A stretch of 28,978 bases of DNA from a virus: the UHGV virus genome UHGV-0201389. The stretch is one strand, 5' to 3'. The position numbers and the translations under genes were made by a program. Shown here one piece after another: positions 10,801 to 16,877 of the stretch (position 1 is its first letter; the number at the start of each line of letters is the position of its first letter). The notes beneath the pieces were generated by a model. That model was not told where the DNA came from. It worked only from the letters and a program-made list of their open reading frames with translations, and searched no databases.

Positions 10801-11156
10801 GTGCAATCACCGCAAACAAAGCAGTAAACGTAACTGGTCGAGTTACACCAACTGATTACGGTAACTTTGACGGTCGTTATATCAAAAAGACGAAAGGTTG
10901 TACTAAAATCTGGTCCGGTACTCTCCCTGGTAATACCCAGACCGGAGGTTTACCACAAGATCTCCGCTTCCGTAATGTGTGGATTCTTGACGCCGCAGGA
11001 TTTAACCATTTTATCCGTTTTGCCAATGACGGGAACTATTACCTGGCTGGTAACGGTGGATGGATTAAAATCCAACTTCACTCTAGCGGTAAAATCTTTA
11101 AGAACATTCAAGATTCTAACTTCGTTCCGCGTGAAATCTGGGTAGAAAACGAATAA
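7878..11156 (+). CDS. Tail fibre protein (1092 aa) with conserved fibre N-terminal motif and internal tandem repeats
   Basis: N-terminus KRTQTAGKKPTPEQLQVGEIA resembles the attachment motif seen at the start of many phage tail fibres; ~72-aa Thr/Asn/Ala-rich tandem repeats; Gly/Asn/Tyr-rich C-terminal half. Confidence 0.8.
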   Translation: MQSIQFKRTQTAGKKPTPEQLQVGEIAIQMADHVIYTKDKNNAVVQVSVSPESHNALNTKVDNNKKTTDSTIAANKTEAANALATAKSELNNTITTKDTATNKRIDATNTTVSNLTQTVTANKTDADSKHTTLTNTVAANKSAIETTVANNKRDADNKISALTTTVNDNNTAINSRVDATNTNVSNLTKTVTANKSDADSKISSLTSTVAANKSAIETTVANNKRDADTKITNLTNTVNSNHTAINAKVDKNKTDADAAIAAANRRIDGIEGSADAAYIKKNTNTYHHGYLLSKTANYFDDTGARNLDYFGAFRPNNAEGWGNLILNIPHSGGKAHGRGFEFHYGSSSSQVKTYGFDANGAKRFSYRMYHEGDKPTPSELNVYSKQEVDRMFVKNVKMSVPSGDATRGYFKIATAMIPQQGRMAFIRIYGGNGYNVNSYDQVDFLEIVIRSGNGNPKGVSIAAYRRNAKNIHQVFAVNTSGDNYDIYVNYGRYTDNVIVEYGKTNDVTLTVHDVPEITLVKPSTGVTDGKVITMFNTENKAGTIRFDDNTQGTYDIISLCNDTGDGKKYLRQFRSKSGHTIWHETVQGSVYRLATGTTDSNEVLKITDRTLQTGRAVLDGGNIRLERQTGNSNLVEYWDRRNGANVRQSWFGFGNADTNAFQIYSDAGKNNFALEQSGQISLNVGATKIVHTNGQYISTNADAYRMIYGNYGAFWRNDGVKTYLLSTAENDKWGSWTGNRPFIYEFSSGNVNLGGDSNKSALTLEGASKAARFGGHVYTGGNLHNTGQHITMEAGLAGQSRDFIRFNHWGDSSNGRDNVLYVEDSKGRHFSTERNMATGGLKANFLGDFEVGGKLTWGKGTAQSSFNCRVWGNADRKQVLEWADESGWHFYSQRAGGPGTTAIQFSVNGQINAQNLNVSGKVTTPQISAFGVNVANGLGGNSIVLGDSDTGFKQNGDGILDVYANNVAVMRFTSGAITANKAVNVTGRVTPTDYGNFDGRYIKKTKGCTKIWSGTLPGNTQTGGLPQDLRFRNVWILDAAGFNHFIRFANDGNYYLAGNGGWIKIQLHSSGKIFKNIQDSNFVPREIWVENE
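8187..8618 (+). repeat. Two tandem ~216-nt (72-aa) repeat units inside the tail fibre gene, with a degenerate partial copy upstream
   Basis: RIDATNTTVSNLTQTVTANKTDADSK...AANKSAIETTVANNKRDAD recurs as RVDATNTNVSNLTKTVTANKSDADSK...AANKSAIETTVANNKRDAD; nucleotide copies differ mostly at synonymous positions. Confidence 0.8.
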
Positions 11157-11180
11157 TAACATCAACTAAATAATAAAAGT

Positions 11181-11199
11181 CGGGGGACTAGTTCCCCCG
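11181..11199 (+). other. GC-rich hairpin after tail fibre gene (no strong U tract)
   Basis: CGGGGGA-ctagt-TCCCCCG inverted repeat; possible processing site or weak terminator. Confidence 0.35.
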
Positions 11200-11229
11200 T
11201 TATAACAAATTCAATTAAGGGGTAATTAT

Positions 11230-11706
11230 ATGTCTCAACAATTCAAAGATATTTTTACTGGTGGTCTGGTAAGTCTGTTCTATCACGCCGATACCACTAA
11301 CACCGCTCTCGATCATGAAAGCTATGAAGAAATTAAAGAGTGTGCTGGTTTCCCTGAAACTGGTATCGAGCGCGGTACTGTAGAAGTTAAATCCTTCTCT
11401 TCTCAGTATAACCGCAAGCTGGTAGGTAAACTGAACGTTCCTGATCTGACTCTGACCGTTAATTATATTCCCGGGGATACCGTGCATGAGCGTCTTATTA
11501 AGGCTGCCGAAGATGGTACCCGTATTCAGATTAAGATTGAATACTATGTTGACGCAGCAAAACAGACTGGTATTCGCACCGCTTTCAACGGCTTTATTTC
11601 TAAAGTTGCTATGCAGGGCGGCGATGAAGAAGTGGTAACTAAAGAATTTACCTTTGCTGTTGATGGTGCTCCGCTGAAACAGGAAATCTTCAATACTGCC
11701 GCTTGA
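11230..11706 (+). CDS. Major tail tube protein (158 aa)
   Basis: TAAGGGGTAATTATATG initiation motif, strong high-expression codon bias, sits directly upstream of the chaperone pair and tape measure gene. Ends in TGA. Confidence 0.75.
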   Translation: MSQQFKDIFTGGLVSLFYHADTTNTALDHESYEEIKECAGFPETGIERGTVEVKSFSSQYNRKLVGKLNVPDLTLTVNYIPGDTVHERLIKAAEDGTRIQIKIEYYVDAAKQTGIRTAFNGFISKVAMQGGDEEVVTKEFTFAVDGAPLKQEIFNTAA

Positions 11707-11814
11707 ACTGTCGAAGAACAACCACAGCCGATTCCTGATGAACCTACGGTGATCCCAGAAGTTGAGGTTGTTATGGTGAAAGCCACAGCTAAACGAAGCC
11801 GCAAGGCAAAATAA
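11707..11814 (+). other. In-frame stop-free extension after tail tube TGA (35 codons, Pro/Glu-rich then VKATAKRSRKAK), candidate readthrough product or reinitiated micro-ORF
   Basis: No stop in the tail tube frame from 11707 until TAA at 11812-11814; contains ATG at 11773 preceded by GAGG; immediately followed by a strong terminator. Confidence 0.45.
11770..11793 (+). repeat. 24-nt motif GTTATGGTGAAAGCCACAGCTAAA (copy 2 of 2)
   Basis: 22/24 identity with 6148-6171 in the same reading-frame context. Confidence 0.8.
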
Positions 11815-11818
11815 TTTT

Positions 11819-11848
11819 AAGCCATCCGAAAGGGTGGCTTTTTTATTT
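11819..11848 (+). terminator. Rho-independent terminator after tail tube gene
   Basis: GCCATCC-gaaa-GGGTGGC stem with GNRA loop followed by TTTTTTATTT. Confidence 0.8.
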
Positions 11849-11889
11849 CTAATAAATACATCGTAATCACTTTTATGAGGACTCCAAGA

Positions 11890-12198
11890 ATGAATATCAA
11901 CGATTTACTGAAAGCTCTTTCCCCGAAACGTGAAGCAATGGAAATCAACGGCTTCAAATTTTATGCTCGCCCTATGAGCGTAAAGGAATTTAACGAGCAT
12001 ATTCAGAATAACAACAAAGAAGACCGCGACGAGCGTACTATTTTGCGCTGTATCGAAGATGAAAGCGGTAATCCTGTTTTCACTAACGTTAAGCAGGTTA
12101 AAGCCCTTTACACTACCGTTAAAGCTCAATTGATTGGTCTGGTGGCACTGGCTTCTATGATGCCGGAACCGAGTAAGGTAGAAGAATCGGTAAAGTAA
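11890..12198 (+). CDS. Tail assembly chaperone (gpG-like position); alternative start at 11875
   Basis: Small acidic ORF between tail tube and tape measure genes; ATG at 11890 is preceded by GAGGA, whereas the longer start at 11875 has no SD. Confidence 0.6.
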   Translation: MNINDLLKALSPKREAMEINGFKFYARPMSVKEFNEHIQNNNKEDRDERTILRCIEDESGNPVFTNVKQVKALYTTVKAQLIGLVALASMMPEPSKVEESVK

Positions 12199-12227
12199 AT
12201 CCGCTCTTAACTTTTTATTTCCGCCAG

Positions 12228-12575
12228 ATGATGCGCAGGGGATTAAGTAAAGATGAAATGGATAATATGCCAGTTCCATTATTTTGGTCGCTGCATATTT
12301 TCGACACCTACTTAGAACCACAATCCCCCGTATTTCAAGACATGCAAAATGCAATGATGCAATATTCCCTTTATATGACTTCTCAGGGAATGACCAAAGA
12401 AATGGCTAAGAAAATCAAACCTAGCCAATTCCAGTTAATCAAAGAAGAGAAAATCTTCAAGACTAAAGAAGAACTGGAAGAAATCGAGCGTAAGCGCGAA
12501 GAAGAACGCAAAGCTGCAATGTTGAGCATGTTCGATCCGGCGTTAGTCAATAAGTTAAGGGCGACCGCTGAATAA
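12228..12575 (+). CDS. Second tail assembly chaperone-like protein (gpT-like position, 115 aa)
   Basis: ORF in the -1 frame relative to the preceding chaperone, directly upstream of the tape measure gene; Glu/Lys-rich C-terminus; no obvious SD of its own. Confidence 0.55.
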   Translation: MMRRGLSKDEMDNMPVPLFWSLHIFDTYLEPQSPVFQDMQNAMMQYSLYMTSQGMTKEMAKKIKPSQFQLIKEEKIFKTKEELEEIERKREEERKAAMLSMFDPALVNKLRATAE

Positions 12576-12585
12576 TTGAATTATA

Positions 12586-12616
12586 AGCCCTGCCTTTATC
12601 GGTGGGGCTTTTTTGT
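12586..12616 (+). terminator. Rho-independent terminator before the tape measure gene
   Basis: AGCCCTGCC-tttatc-GGTGGGGCT stem-loop followed by TTTTTTGTAT; paralogous to 6207-6236. Confidence 0.8.
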
Positions 12617-12638
12617 ATAATAAGAATAAGAGGTCAAA

Positions 12639-15146
12639 ATGTCAGAATTTAAAATTGGTATTACTGGTGTAACCAGTGGCCTAGAATCTGCCGCAAATAA
12701 AGCAAGCGGTATTCTTGATGGCCTTGCTTCCGGTGGCGTTGATGGCTTGACTAGTTCCGTAGGTGGATTGTTAGGCAAGCTGGGTCCATTGGGTATGGCT
12801 GCTGGTGCTGCTTTAGGTGCTCTTACTGCTTTAGCTGCTGGTGGCGCTAAAATGGCTGTTGAATATGCCAACATGTCGAGAGAATTTGGCGTTAATATTG
12901 AGCAAATCCAGAAGTTAGAAAAAGTTTATAGTGGTTTTGGTCTGAATGCCGAAAAAGTTCTTGATATTAACAAGGATGCAGCCGAGAAATTAGGGGAAGC
13001 ATGGCGAGACGGTACAGGGGAATTTCAAGCCGCTCTTAAAATGATTAAAGGTGATATTAAGGATTACGCGGCCTTTACCGACGATCCAGAAGGGGGTCGC
13101 AAAGCTGCTGAAATGTGGTACTACCAAGCGAAGGCCGCAGGATTAAGCCATTCTGAAATCATCGCGGGTATGGAACGTATTGCTTCCGATTCCAGTAAGA
13201 TGATCGGTGCTTTGTCTGAATCAAACGATTATTGGGAACATCAAGTTAAGCTACAACAAAAAGCCGCTTATGTCTCAGAGGAAACCGCTACCGCATATGC
13301 CGACGCGGGGTCTAAACTGACCGAGTTAGGGAAGACCATAATGGGTGCTTTCGCGGATTTATTTTCGTTCCTCCCGAAAGGATTCAACTTAATCTATGAT
13401 TATTTCACTAAAGATTTTGCGAATACTACTTTCTATTTGAGCATTAAGGCTATCAGCACGTTTATTGCTGAAAAACTGCCTCCTTTGTTCCAGAAAGCTA
13501 AGACCGCGTTAACGTCAGCCATTAACCCGATCATCAATACCATTAAAACCGTACAGGAAACGATGGTTAATCTTTACAATAAGATTGCCGAAATCATCGC
13601 TAAAGTACAGAACATGATCCGCAAGGGTGGTAAAACTATAGCTGGCTGGTTTGGTGCTGATGCCGACTTCCTGAATTTTGAAATCCCAGCATTGACTACC
13701 GATAACATCAAGAAAGGTGCTCAAGCGTTAGCCGATGGTATAGCCAGTGGAGTTAGTAACGGGACAGCAACCAGCTTTGATGAACTGGCAGAACAAGAAC
13801 GCAAGAAACAAGCGGCTGAACTCCAAGCGCAAGCGGACGAACTGAAACGGAAACAGGAAGAAGAGAACAAACGTAATGTTCAAGTTCTTTGCCCTATCTG
13901 TAAAAAAGGCGCACATAGTGCCGCAGATTGTCCAGAAGCCAAGAAACAGAAAGATGCAGCTAAGAAGGCCGCAGACGAAGCGAAGAAATTGCGTGAAAAG
14001 GCATACAAGGATTTAGAGGCAATCAATATTTCTTTGTATAGCTCCGTGCAAGCGTCTGTAGCTTCCTCGAATAAACAGATCGTAGAAAACCTTGCTAAGT
14101 TAGATAACGCTCTGAAACAGGGTATTATCACGCAAGAACAATACGAAGAAAAACGTCGTCAGCTTATTGATGCTAACGCGGAAAACTTCCGTAAATCTGT
14201 ATTAGGTGCTAATCCTTCCGATGCTCTCCAGATGTTAGCGGCATCACGTCAAATCTATGACCAGTCGGTTGCAGATCTTGAAATGATGTACAACAACAAA
14301 CTGATTAAGCAATCTGAATACTTACAGCGTAAAAAGGATTTAGAGGCTGCTTTCTCTGCTCGTACCGATGCGACTACCGGATTAGAAGGTATCAAATCTA
14401 ATGAGATGCTCAATTCTTACGGTAATCGTGATCAGACTATCGATGAGATGAAAGCCGTTGATGTCGAGAAGGCCAACACTGAATATTCAGAACATAAAGC
14501 CAAGATCGATAAGCTGCCTCAAGCTGAACAATTTAAGCAATTGCAAGCTCTCAATGAAGCGCACAATAAGAAAATGCGTGAAATTGACTTAAAATACAAT
14601 AACATGCGCTTGCAAGATACACAAAATATGTTCGGTGGATTTGGTGAAGCATTACAAGCATTTGGCTTAGAGAATAACGCTGTTACTAAGGGTATCTTTG
14701 CCGCTCAGAAAGGCGTGTCTATTGCACAAGGTTTGCTCAATGCTCATGAGGCCGCAACGGTAGCTATGGCTAAGTACCCAGGACCATTGGGTGTTGCTAT
14801 GGGTGCTGCAAGCTATGCGTCCGCAATTGCTCGTGTTGCTCAGATGAAATCAATCACCGTTGATGGTATGGCGCATGATGGTATTGATAACATCCCGCGT
14901 GAGGGTACATGGCTTTTGCAGAAAGGGGAACGAGTCGTTGATGATCGTACTAACGGTGATCTGAAAGACTTCCTATCTGCTCAAAAATCAGGCGGTAATA
15001 ACAACTCTCAGCCGATTGAAGTTAATGCGCCTTTGAACATTAACGGCAATGTCAATAGCTCCGACAAGATGGTCATGGATGCTATCAAACGTCATGCTAA
15101 GTTGGTTGCTCAGGCGGTGGAAGACGCACAGCGCCGTAAGATGTAA
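12639..15146 (+). CDS. Tail tape measure protein (835 aa)
   Basis: Long ORF after the chaperones; Gly/Ala-rich hydrophobic N-terminal segment, extended Ala/Lys/Glu-rich coiled-coil-like regions, Gly-rich hydrophobic segment near the C-terminus; SD AAGAGG upstream. Confidence 0.85.
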   Translation: MSEFKIGITGVTSGLESAANKASGILDGLASGGVDGLTSSVGGLLGKLGPLGMAAGAALGALTALAAGGAKMAVEYANMSREFGVNIEQIQKLEKVYSGFGLNAEKVLDINKDAAEKLGEAWRDGTGEFQAALKMIKGDIKDYAAFTDDPEGGRKAAEMWYYQAKAAGLSHSEIIAGMERIASDSSKMIGALSESNDYWEHQVKLQQKAAYVSEETATAYADAGSKLTELGKTIMGAFADLFSFLPKGFNLIYDYFTKDFANTTFYLSIKAISTFIAEKLPPLFQKAKTALTSAINPIINTIKTVQETMVNLYNKIAEIIAKVQNMIRKGGKTIAGWFGADADFLNFEIPALTTDNIKKGAQALADGIASGVSNGTATSFDELAEQERKKQAAELQAQADELKRKQEEENKRNVQVLCPICKKGAHSAADCPEAKKQKDAAKKAADEAKKLREKAYKDLEAINISLYSSVQASVASSNKQIVENLAKLDNALKQGIITQEQYEEKRRQLIDANAENFRKSVLGANPSDALQMLAASRQIYDQSVADLEMMYNNKLIKQSEYLQRKKDLEAAFSARTDATTGLEGIKSNEMLNSYGNRDQTIDEMKAVDVEKANTEYSEHKAKIDKLPQAEQFKQLQALNEAHNKKMREIDLKYNNMRLQDTQNMFGGFGEALQAFGLENNAVTKGIFAAQKGVSIAQGLLNAHEAATVAMAKYPGPLGVAMGAASYASAIARVAQMKSITVDGMAHDGIDNIPREGTWLLQKGERVVDDRTNGDLKDFLSAQKSGGNNNSQPIEVNAPLNINGNVNSSDKMVMDAIKRHAKLVAQAVEDAQRRKM

Positions 15147-15151
15147 TTAAA

Positions 15152-15196
15152 AGCCCTCATAGTGATAAATAATCTTAAAACTATGGGGGCTTTTTC
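15152..15196 (+). terminator. Hairpin with T tract between tape measure and distal tail genes (attenuator/terminator)
   Basis: 11-bp stem AGCCCTCATAG / CTATGGGGGCT around an 18-nt loop, followed by TTTTT; overlaps the upstream in-frame start candidates of the next gene. Confidence 0.5.
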
Positions 15197-15197
15197 T

Positions 15198-15758
15198 ATG
15201 TTCAATTCTCGTAATATTAAAATCACAGATTTTACTCTTAAATCAAAACAGCCTTTCTTCAAGGCGCAAGCAATATCCGGTAAATTTCAACGTCGATTCA
15301 CTGGCATTCATTTTTATGAAGCAGAATTTACAGCCAACTTCATGGCAGAACATATCAATGAAGTAAAAGAATTCGTAGCACGTCATCTTTTTGGTCGTCC
15401 TTTCAGAGTTCCATTGTCTTACTTTTCAAAATATACGGGTGATGTACGTCAGATGGTAACGGCTGCTGCTCGTACCGACCGTGGTGGGCGCAAGGTAAGA
15501 CTCTCCAACTTCACCGGAACACTGAAAGCAGGAACTATCATCCAGTTTGAGAACCACAAGAAAATCTACACAATCACCGAAGATGTTAAGTCAGGTGGCG
15601 AAATGAAACTCTTCCCTAACTTACGCCAGCATGTTCTCGCGGGTGAGGTGATCAAGTATCAGAACGTAGAAGGTGAATTCCTTCTCAAGACCGAAAATAT
15701 TGATTGGAAGATCGCCCAAATCGGAAAGATGAAATTTGAATTAGTGGAGAATGTATAA
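15198..15758 (+). CDS. Minor tail protein, distal tail / gpM-like position (alternative starts 15162 GTG, 15183 ATG)
   Basis: ORF directly after the tape measure gene; the ATG at 15198 lies just past the hairpin and is preceded by GGGGG; stop overlaps the next start as TAATG. Confidence 0.6.
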   Translation: MFNSRNIKITDFTLKSKQPFFKAQAISGKFQRRFTGIHFYEAEFTANFMAEHINEVKEFVARHLFGRPFRVPLSYFSKYTGDVRQMVTAAARTDRGGRKVRLSNFTGTLKAGTIIQFENHKKIYTITEDVKSGGEMKLFPNLRQHVLAGEVIKYQNVEGEFLLKTENIDWKIAQIGKMKFELVENV

Positions 15759-16411
15759 TGGCAACTATTCAGGAATCATTCAGTAAACTATGCACTAATC
15801 TGGACTTCATCGAGGTATACAACGACCAGACAGGTCAGAACGTGTCTAGATTGACTCTACCGCAACTTTTCTCCACCGGATCGATGTTTCACATTATCGA
15901 AGTAGTAACCGCGTCAGGGGACGTTCTACGGCTTACTGATGGTTATTTCGATTTGGACTATAACGGGTTTACGTATCTCGCAACGGGTGATTTTCTTAAA
16001 ATCTCATCTAACACCGAAGAGAAGGAGATCAACAACAACGGGATCAACGTAACTGTTTCTAACGTCCGTGAAGAGTATGTAACTCTCATTCGTAACAAGC
16101 AATTCGATAAATCTGATGTAAAAATCGAGATGGTTTTCCTTAACCCTAACACGGGCAAGGTAGAAACCACTTACCCTGTTTTCCGTGGGGTAGTCGATTC
16201 CATCGGTATTAACATCGAACATGAAGATGATGAGTGTAAAAACGAATCAGAATTCCAGCTTAATAGTATCTGGGAAGTTCTAGATAAAAACGCTCGTAGT
16301 CATGCCTCCGATGGTATTCACCGTTCGTATGCCGGAAACGAGAACGATCTATTCTTCTCCCGCGCCGGGAAGTGGAATAGCGAAAGCAAGTGGCATTCAT
16401 CTAAGAAATAA
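15758..16411 (+). CDS. Minor tail protein, gpL-like position (217 aa)
   Basis: Translationally coupled to the preceding gene (TAATG overlap, SD GGAGA); sits between the distal tail and NlpC/P60-like genes. Confidence 0.6.
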   Translation: MATIQESFSKLCTNLDFIEVYNDQTGQNVSRLTLPQLFSTGSMFHIIEVVTASGDVLRLTDGYFDLDYNGFTYLATGDFLKISSNTEEKEINNNGINVTVSNVREEYVTLIRNKQFDKSDVKIEMVFLNPNTGKVETTYPVFRGVVDSIGINIEHEDDECKNESEFQLNSIWEVLDKNARSHASDGIHRSYAGNENDLFFSRAGKWNSESKWHSSKK

Positions 16412-16457
16412 TCCCTTCTCCCTAAGCCTAGTAAATAACAGCATGGAGGTATTCAAC

Positions 16458-16877
16458 ATGCTAAAAACTAGGCTTATCACTGATTACATCAATTCATTAA
16501 TAGGTCGGGAATTCGTTCAAGGTGAGAATGATTGCAATCTGATTGCATGTAAGATCATCGATATTCTCGCAGGGACCGACCTGTTTAATTCTCTATATCA
16601 AAAATATTCGACAAAAGAAGAAGGCTTGAAAATCTGCAAAGAATTAAGCGGATACACAAACATCCTTCAACCAATTAAAGAACATTTCAAATTAGTCACT
16701 GATGATTTACAGGACGGCGACTTACTGGTCACAGCCCACAAATTAGGAAACCGTAATTATTATTCCGTAGTTCCTCATTATTCCGGTTATGGCCTCGTTG
16801 AAGAAGATGGTATCTGGATGACCATTCCTGTTTCAGACATTGACTATGAACAAGTTTATAGATTCGGGGGTGAATAA
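16458..16877 (+). CDS. Tail tip assembly protein with NlpC/P60-like domain, gpK-like (139 aa); the listed ORF start at 16302 is rejected
   Basis: [12 protein letters not shown] Cys motif and downstream His residues consistent with an NlpC/P60 papain-like fold; SD GGAGG 8 nt before the ATG at 16458; stop overlaps the gpJ-like start (TAATG). Confidence 0.55.
   Translation: MLKTRLITDYINSLIGREFVQGENDCNLIACKIIDILAGTDLFNSLYQKYSTKEEGLKICKELSGYTNILQPIKEHFKLVTDDLQDGDLLVTAHKLGNRNYYSVVPHYSGYGLVEEDGIWMTIPVSDIDYEQVYRFGGE

Noticed and set aside
11215-11721. 168-aa minus-strand ORF almost coextensive with the tail tube gene
   Set aside because: The + strand ORF has the conserved initiation motif, biased codon usage and a sensible position in the tail module; the minus-strand translation is Phe/Asn-rich junk.
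12177-12198. Canonical -1 slippery heptamer for a G/GT-type chaperone frameshift
   Set aside because: The overlap window contains no X-XXY-YYZ site; frameshifting is kept only as a low-confidence possibility in the findings.
11905-12354. 149-aa minus-strand ORF across the chaperone genes
   Set aside because: Antisense to two co-oriented + strand genes in a tightly packed operon; no RBS.
12596-12874. 92-aa Pro/Ala-rich minus-strand ORF at the tape measure start
   Set aside because: Mirror of the Gly/Ala-rich N-terminus of the tape measure protein; composition artefact.
16302-16457. Longer N-terminal extension of the gpK-like ORF, overlapping the gpL-like gene
   Set aside because: No RBS at 16302 and a 110-nt overlap with the upstream gene; the ATG at 16458 has a GGAGG SD at ideal spacing.
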